DNA of 64,000 bases, from contig OZ024743.1 of the NCBI GenBank assembly GCA_964016885.1, forward strand, positions 241,986,001-242,050,000, read 5' to 3'. The notes beneath the pieces were generated by a model, which was not told the DNA's origin, made no database searches, and saw nothing but the letters and a program-made list of their open reading frames with translations. Every line of letters begins with the position of its first letter. The stretch's first letter is position 1. The DNA is from Eledone cirrhosa (taxonomy: Eukaryota). Shown piece by piece: positions 57,011-64,000 of the stretch. The translations under genes were made by a program, and so were the position numbers.

Positions 57011-57544
57011 GATATGGCACATTAGTGGAAGTTAGCTGCCCAGCAGATGCCAATATAATATCAAAGATTAGCGAAAAGGAGAATATTTATGCAGAACTGA
57101 TGAGAAATCTGCAGATACTCCACTCTGATTACACTTTCAGATGTATGCCTGTGATTATTGGGGCACTGGGATATGTTAGTAACTGCCTCAATACAAATCT
57201 TGAGAAGCTAGGCTTCACAGGAACAGAAAGAACACAACTAGTTAGGAAATTACAAGTACAATCCATTAATGGAACAGTAAAATTATGTAAAACATTCCAA
57301 AAATGTTGCATCTAATAACTGCATATACACATGTACAGATGCAAAGCATATACAGATTCACACATACAACTCAAAACATACACATCCACACATACAATAA
57401 CATCCATATATACACATGCAGACATACATACATATCTACCTAGTTGATGTTGTGTAAATGCCAATGAGAAAGTCTTATACCTATGTTAGAAACCGACACT
57501 CTCTTTATTGTGAAAAAATTTATGAAATTATAAAACCAGAAGAA
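57011..57544 (+). mobile_element. 3' fragment of an R4/Dong-like (restriction-like endonuclease) non-LTR retrotransposon; coding part 57025-57315
   Basis: VEVSCPADANIISKISEKENIYAEL...MPVIIGALG matches the RLE C-terminal pattern; (CATA)n on both sides. Confidence 0.78.
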
Positions 57545-57716
57545 CATACATACATGCATAGCTATATATAAACTTATATATATATGATTGTATATATGCA
57601 TGTTAAGCTGTTTTTGTCTATATAAATATGTATATATAAACTCCGTATTTATTCACATCCGAATTATATACCATCGTGCACGCGTGTGTGTGTATTTGTG
57701 TGTATATATAATGTTG

Positions 57717-59390
57717 GCTGTATGAATGAGCCTGTGACACCAGTGACGCAAGGTTGTATGAATGAGCCTGTGACGCCTGGGACACAAGACTGTATGAATG
57801 AGCCTGTGACACCTGGGACACAAGACTGTATGAATGAGCCTGTGATGCCTGTGACACAAGACTGTATGAATGAGCCTGTGACACCTGGGACGCAAGGCTG
57901 TATGAATGAGCCTGTGACACAAGGCTGTATGAATGAGCCTGTGACACAAGGCTGTATGAATGAGCCTGTGACACAAGGCTGTATGAATGAGCCTGTGATG
58001 CAAGGATGTATGAATGAGCCTGTGACACAATGCTGTATGAATGAGCCTGTGACGTAAGGCTGTATGAATGAGCCTGTGACGCAATGCTGTATGAATGAGC
58101 CTGTGACGCAAGGCTGTATGAATAAGCCTGTGACACAAGGCTGTATGAATGAGCCTGTGACACAAGGCTGTATGAATGAGCCTGTGACGCAAGGCTGTAT
58201 GAATAAGCCTGTGACGCAATGCTGTATGAATGAGCCTGTGACACAAGGCTGTATGAATGAGCCTGTGACGCAATGCTGTATGAATGAGCCTGTGACGCAA
58301 GGCTGTATGAATCAGCCTGTGACGCAAGGCTTTATGAATGAGCCTGTGATGCAATGCAGTATGAATGAGCCTGTGACGCAATGCTGTATGAATGAGCCTG
58401 TGACACAAGGCTGTATGAATGAGCCTGTGACGCAATGCTGTATGAATGAGCCTGTGACGCAAGGCTGTATGAATGAGCCTGTGACGCAAGGCTTTATGAA
58501 TGAGCCTATGATGCAATGCAGTATGAATGAGCCTGTGACGCAATACTGTATGAATGAGCCTGTGACACAAGGCTGTATGAATGAGCCTGTGACGCAAGGC
58601 TGTATGAATAAGCGTGTGACGCAATGCTGTATGAATCAGCCTGTGACGCAAGGCTGTATCAATGAGCCTGTGATGCAATGCAGTATGAATGAGCCTGTGA
58701 CGCAAGGCTGTATGAATCAGCCTGTGATGCAAGGCTGTATGAATAAGCCTGTGATGCAAGGCTGTATGAATGAGCCTGTGACACAAGACTGTATGAATCA
58801 GCCTGTGATGCAAGGCTGTATGAATGAGCCTGTGATGCAAGGCTGTATGAATGAGCCTGTGACGCAAGGCTGTATGAATAAGCGTGTGATGCAAGGCTGT
58901 ATGAATGAGCCTGTGACGCAAGGCTGTATGAATGAGCCTGTGACGCAAGGCTGTATGAATAAGCCTGTGATGCAAGGCTGTATGAATGAGCCTGTGATGC
59001 AAGGCTGTATGAATGAGCCTGTGATGCAAGGCTGTATGAATAAGCCTGTGGCACAAGGCTGTATGAATGAGCCTGTGACGCCTGGGACACAAGACTGTAT
59101 GAATGTGCCTGTGGCACAAGGCTGTATGAATGAGCATGTGACGCCTGGGACGCAAGGCTGTATGAATGAGCCTGTGACGCCTGGGACGCAAGGCTGTATG
59201 AATGAGCCTGTGACGCCTGGGACACAAAGCTGTATGAATGAGCCTGTGACGCCTGGGACACAAAGCTGTATGAATGAGCCTGTGACGCCTGGGACACAAT
59301 GCTGTATGAATGAGCCTGTGATGCAAGGCTGTATGAATGAGCCTGTGACGCAAGGCTGTATGAATGAGCCTGTGATCGGACGCAAGGCTG
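57717..59390 (+). repeat. 27-bp minisatellite with 36-bp variants
   Basis: GCTGTATGAATGAGCCTGTGACGCAAG, with or without a 9-bp insert such as CCTGGGACA. Confidence 0.97.
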
Positions 59391-59676
59391 AACGATTCAA
59401 TATTCGCTTAGAAAACATTAACTCGCGTGTTCAATCTTACTCCGTGGCCACTTATGGTAAGTTTCATTTACCATAGCCTCAGGTGCACTAAAGTCTTTTC
59501 AATGAAATTGGGTCAACGAACCGGCTTGGTATCCACTGCATCTATTTGTCAAAGTGCAAGCCTCGTCACCCAGTTTTCATGTTGAATCTTCATGGGAATT
59601 ACGTTAAAGGTACAAGTTAATATCATTGACAGGCCTTCCTACTGATCGAACAACTAGAATACTCGTTATCGAAGAC

Positions 59677-60797
<1,121 letters not shown>

Positions 60798-60800
<3 letters not shown>

Positions 60801-61597
60801 GGACTTGATTCGTTCTTCCTCACTTTTCGTTGCTTCACCATCTTTATTTGTTTACACTATCGTGTCCCCTTTATTTACGTGTCCCAACGACTTTTTTTAG
60901 ACGTTGCTCGCACCAACCGGAGGTATATGGTCTTTAAACCGAAGAAATACCTGTGATGGTTGGAAGATCACTGACGAAGGACCACTTTATTCATATGTAA
61001 CCCATTCGCAACCACGCAACACGTTTATACTCATATTTACACATATTTTTTCCCCCGCTGTGACCCGTCTATTTCGTTCTTACTGCTTCCTCTTTCTCTG
61101 TATCTTTACCCTCTCTAACAGTCACTCTCTCTGTTAGCCTCTTCCTCACCCTTCACTTACTCACTCTCTGTTACTACCTCTCCTCCTCCTTCTTCCCGTT
61201 TGACCTGTGCGTAATTTTTTTCTTTCGTACGCTTGGTCAGGCTGGTTCGCCTTTTTTCTCTCTCGTCTACGATTTCACAGAACTTATGTTCACCGAATTC
61301 ACAGACTAGATTCCTTCTTCCTCCCGTTAGACCTGTACGAAATTCCTTCCTTGCTCAGATTCCAACCAGGTTTGATGGTCTTTATTCTCTCTCGTTCACG
61401 ATTTCACCGAACTTATATTGATAGAAATTTTTGGACTTGACTCGCTCTTCCTCACTTTTCGTTGCTTCACTATCTTTGTTTGTTTACACTCTCGCTGTTC
61501 CCTTTATTTACATGTCCCAACGACTTTCTTTAGCCGTTGCTCGCACCAACCGGCGGTATATGGTCTTTAAAGCGATGAAATACCAACTTTATTCCTA
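60798..61597. mobile_element. Partial-tandem insert (~633-bp unit, ~154-bp redundancy) in (TA)n
   Basis: 60798-60951 repeated, with divergence, at 61431-61584. Confidence 0.75.
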
Positions 61598-61614
61598 TAT
61601 ATATATATATATAC

Positions 61615-62771
61615 TTGTCTCAAACTGGAATTCACCGCCAAAGCGGGGGTTACCTCCCTTGGAGAAAACTACGTGTCGATAGCGAAATTTAATGCTAAAG
61701 CATGCCCGCAGAGGCTAAAGAACACAAGACTTGCTGAAGAAGGAAATCCTTTGTTCTGTCGTCAAAAACCATTAACTTGCAGACTCCTGCAAGCGGAATT
61801 TGTCGATCTTGGATTTGCAGAAACCTAGCGCTGATGTTGTGTGCTGTATGTGATGTATATCGTGGGCTATAAGATATGCATTATATATTTTGCATTCAGT
61901 ATCACCGTTTTGTTCAGGTCAGTCTAAAATCTTTTCCTGAGTCCTGTATTTTCGTTGCTCTGGTGATGCGGCTGGACTGCCGATCGCTATATTTGATTTG
62001 CTAAGCTTTCTAAACCTATTGTTATTACTCTGGGGTACTTGTTCCCATCCGAGTGCTAAAGCTACATACCGAATTTGCATTCGTTAGCTTGGCCGCGAAC
62101 TAAAGCTTCGTTAATGCTGTACTAAAATTGGTATTTTACTCCTAGAATTAACGATTAACTGATTAATTTAAATAGACGATTCTATTGATTGATTAATTGT
62201 TTATGGTTGTTTGATAACTTCTGGTTGAGTGCTTAATTCGGTTTGTCGAAAGGAATTCATTCCTTTGTCTCAAATTGGAATTCACCACCAAAGTGAAGGT
62301 TACCTCCCTTGGAGAAAACCACGTGTCGATAGCGAAATTTAATGCTAAAGCATACCCGCAGAGGCTAAAGAACACAAGACTTGCTGAAGAAGGAAATCCT
62401 TTGTTCTGTCATCAAAAACCATTAACTTGCAGACTCCTGTAAGCGGAATTTGTCGATCTTGGATTTGCAGAAACCTAGCGCTGATGTTGTGTGCTGTATG
62501 TGATGTATATCGTGCGCTATACGATATGCATTATATATTTTGCATTCAGTCTCACCGTTTTGTTCAGGTCAGTCTAAAATCTTTTCCTGAGTCCTGTATG
62601 TTCGTTGCTCTGGTGATGCGGCTGGACTGCTGATCGCTATATTTGATTTGCTAAGCTTTCTAAACCTATTGTTAGTACTTTTCCCCATCCGAGTGCTAAA
62701 GCTACATACCGAATTTGCATTCGTTAGCTTGGCCGCGAACTAAAGCTTCGTTAATGCTGTATTAAAATTGG

Positions 62772-62774
<3 letters not shown>
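61615..62774. mobile_element. Partial-tandem insert (650-bp unit, ~510-bp redundancy) in (TA)n
   Basis: 61615-62134 repeated at 62265-62774. Confidence 0.8.
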
Positions 62775-62803
<29 letters not shown>

Positions 62804-62909
62804 AGTATTGAAGTTTCCGTTGAACATTGAAAAGTCATAGGAGTGAAGAGTGCTCTATGTAAGTACCAGAGAAAAATGTAATGTATAATAAACAATACAA
62901 TATAATTAA

Positions 62910-62975
62910 CTCATTACCAGAGGTTTCCCGAATAAGACGAATACGAAAAACGTCCTCATTCGTTCGTCGGACAAG
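62910..62975 (-). ncRNA. Hammerhead variant (core CCGACGA)
   Basis: CTTGT-CCGACGA-A CGAATGAG...CTTATTCG G-GAAA-CCTCTGG-TA-ATGAG. Confidence 0.65.
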
Positions 62976-64000
62976 GCAATTTAAAACATAGTGAAATATT
63001 TGGAAAGTCTCCTCAAGAAATGCAAAATATATATAAATAAAAGTAATGAAAGAGATATATAAAAAAAATATAAGGAAATATAGTTAGGTTATGTGTATAT
63101 GTATGTATATACACTCACAAATGTACATATGTGTGTATGTACAAATGCATGTGTATGGTGAAAATGTGTGCGTAAGTATATATATGAGGGCAAGTATATT
63201 TGTGTATATGTGACCACAAATACGTATGTAATATGAATTGAAAAAGAAATTGTATGAAAATATAGTTGACACGCATCCAGATACAGGTATTAAATACGCA
63301 TACGCGTATGAAAGCACGCGTATAAACACACACACACGCGTGGTCACTTATATGCGGAAGATAAAGAGGGAAGGGAGTGTAATAGTAAAAAGAAGTGTCA
63401 TTCTCGATATATGTATAAAAATGAAACAATATATGAGAATGAAAATGTTTAAATCAAAGAGAAAGTAATCAATTAACACTAGAGAAAAGAAAACAAACAT
63501 AGGTACGCACGTACATACACATATATATATAAAAAAAATATTTATACACACAAATACGTACAGACAAAAGCGCATGCATGCGTACATACATACACACGAG
63601 GCACGTATATATATATATCGCCCCATGTATATCTAATCACACGTACGTACACGACTATATATATATACACATATACATACACACCCATACATACATATAC
63701 ATATATACACATATACATACACATACACATACATTCATCCGCATACACACACAAGTAAAAATAAGAATGTAAAAAACTTAGATATAAAAAAAACTAGATA
63801 AAAAAACACACATACACACATATATACGTACGTACGCACACGTACGGAGGCGTTCGTATACATATACAGAACGTATACACACATAAGCACACTCGGACAC
63901 ATAGATACAGATTATAAATCAGCCATATGAATAAATGAGTACAAATATAAAATCGGCTGCGAAACAACAGAATATATCTGATGTGGAAAACGCAAGTGAC

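Noticed and set aside
61730-61830. CTGAAGA followed distantly by GAAA
   Set aside because: Stem I and the cleavage triplet do not form.

Overview
Repeat-saturated eukaryotic DNA with no supportable host gene. The SINE type and extreme (TA)n/(CATA)n/(GATA)n density suggest a cephalopod (octopus-like) genome; this is inference. Contents: (1) two head-to-tail Tx1-clade non-LTR retrotransposons on the minus strand. One has ORF2 open for 1000 codons to the window edge (missed by the ORF track); the other is decayed. Three Tx1 3' fragments sit in (GATA)n. (2) A decayed Penelope-like element (RT + GIY-YIG), an R4/Dong-like endonuclease 3' fragment, a non-autonomous Helitron, tRNA-derived SINEs and bipartite RTE-like elements. 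(3) An 8.6-kb three-part satellite with alternating orientation, plus 14-bp and 27/36-bp minisatellites. Main hidden signal: about 13 short non-coding inserts, mostly in (TA)n tracts and mostly unrelated in sequence, carry intact, variant, decayed or half type I hammerhead ribozyme motifs. Many are built as fold-back or partial-tandem units of 340-650 bp. This looks like a diverse population of non-autonomous Penelope-mobilised, retrozyme-like elements. All structures were read by eye; none was tested computationally or experimentally.
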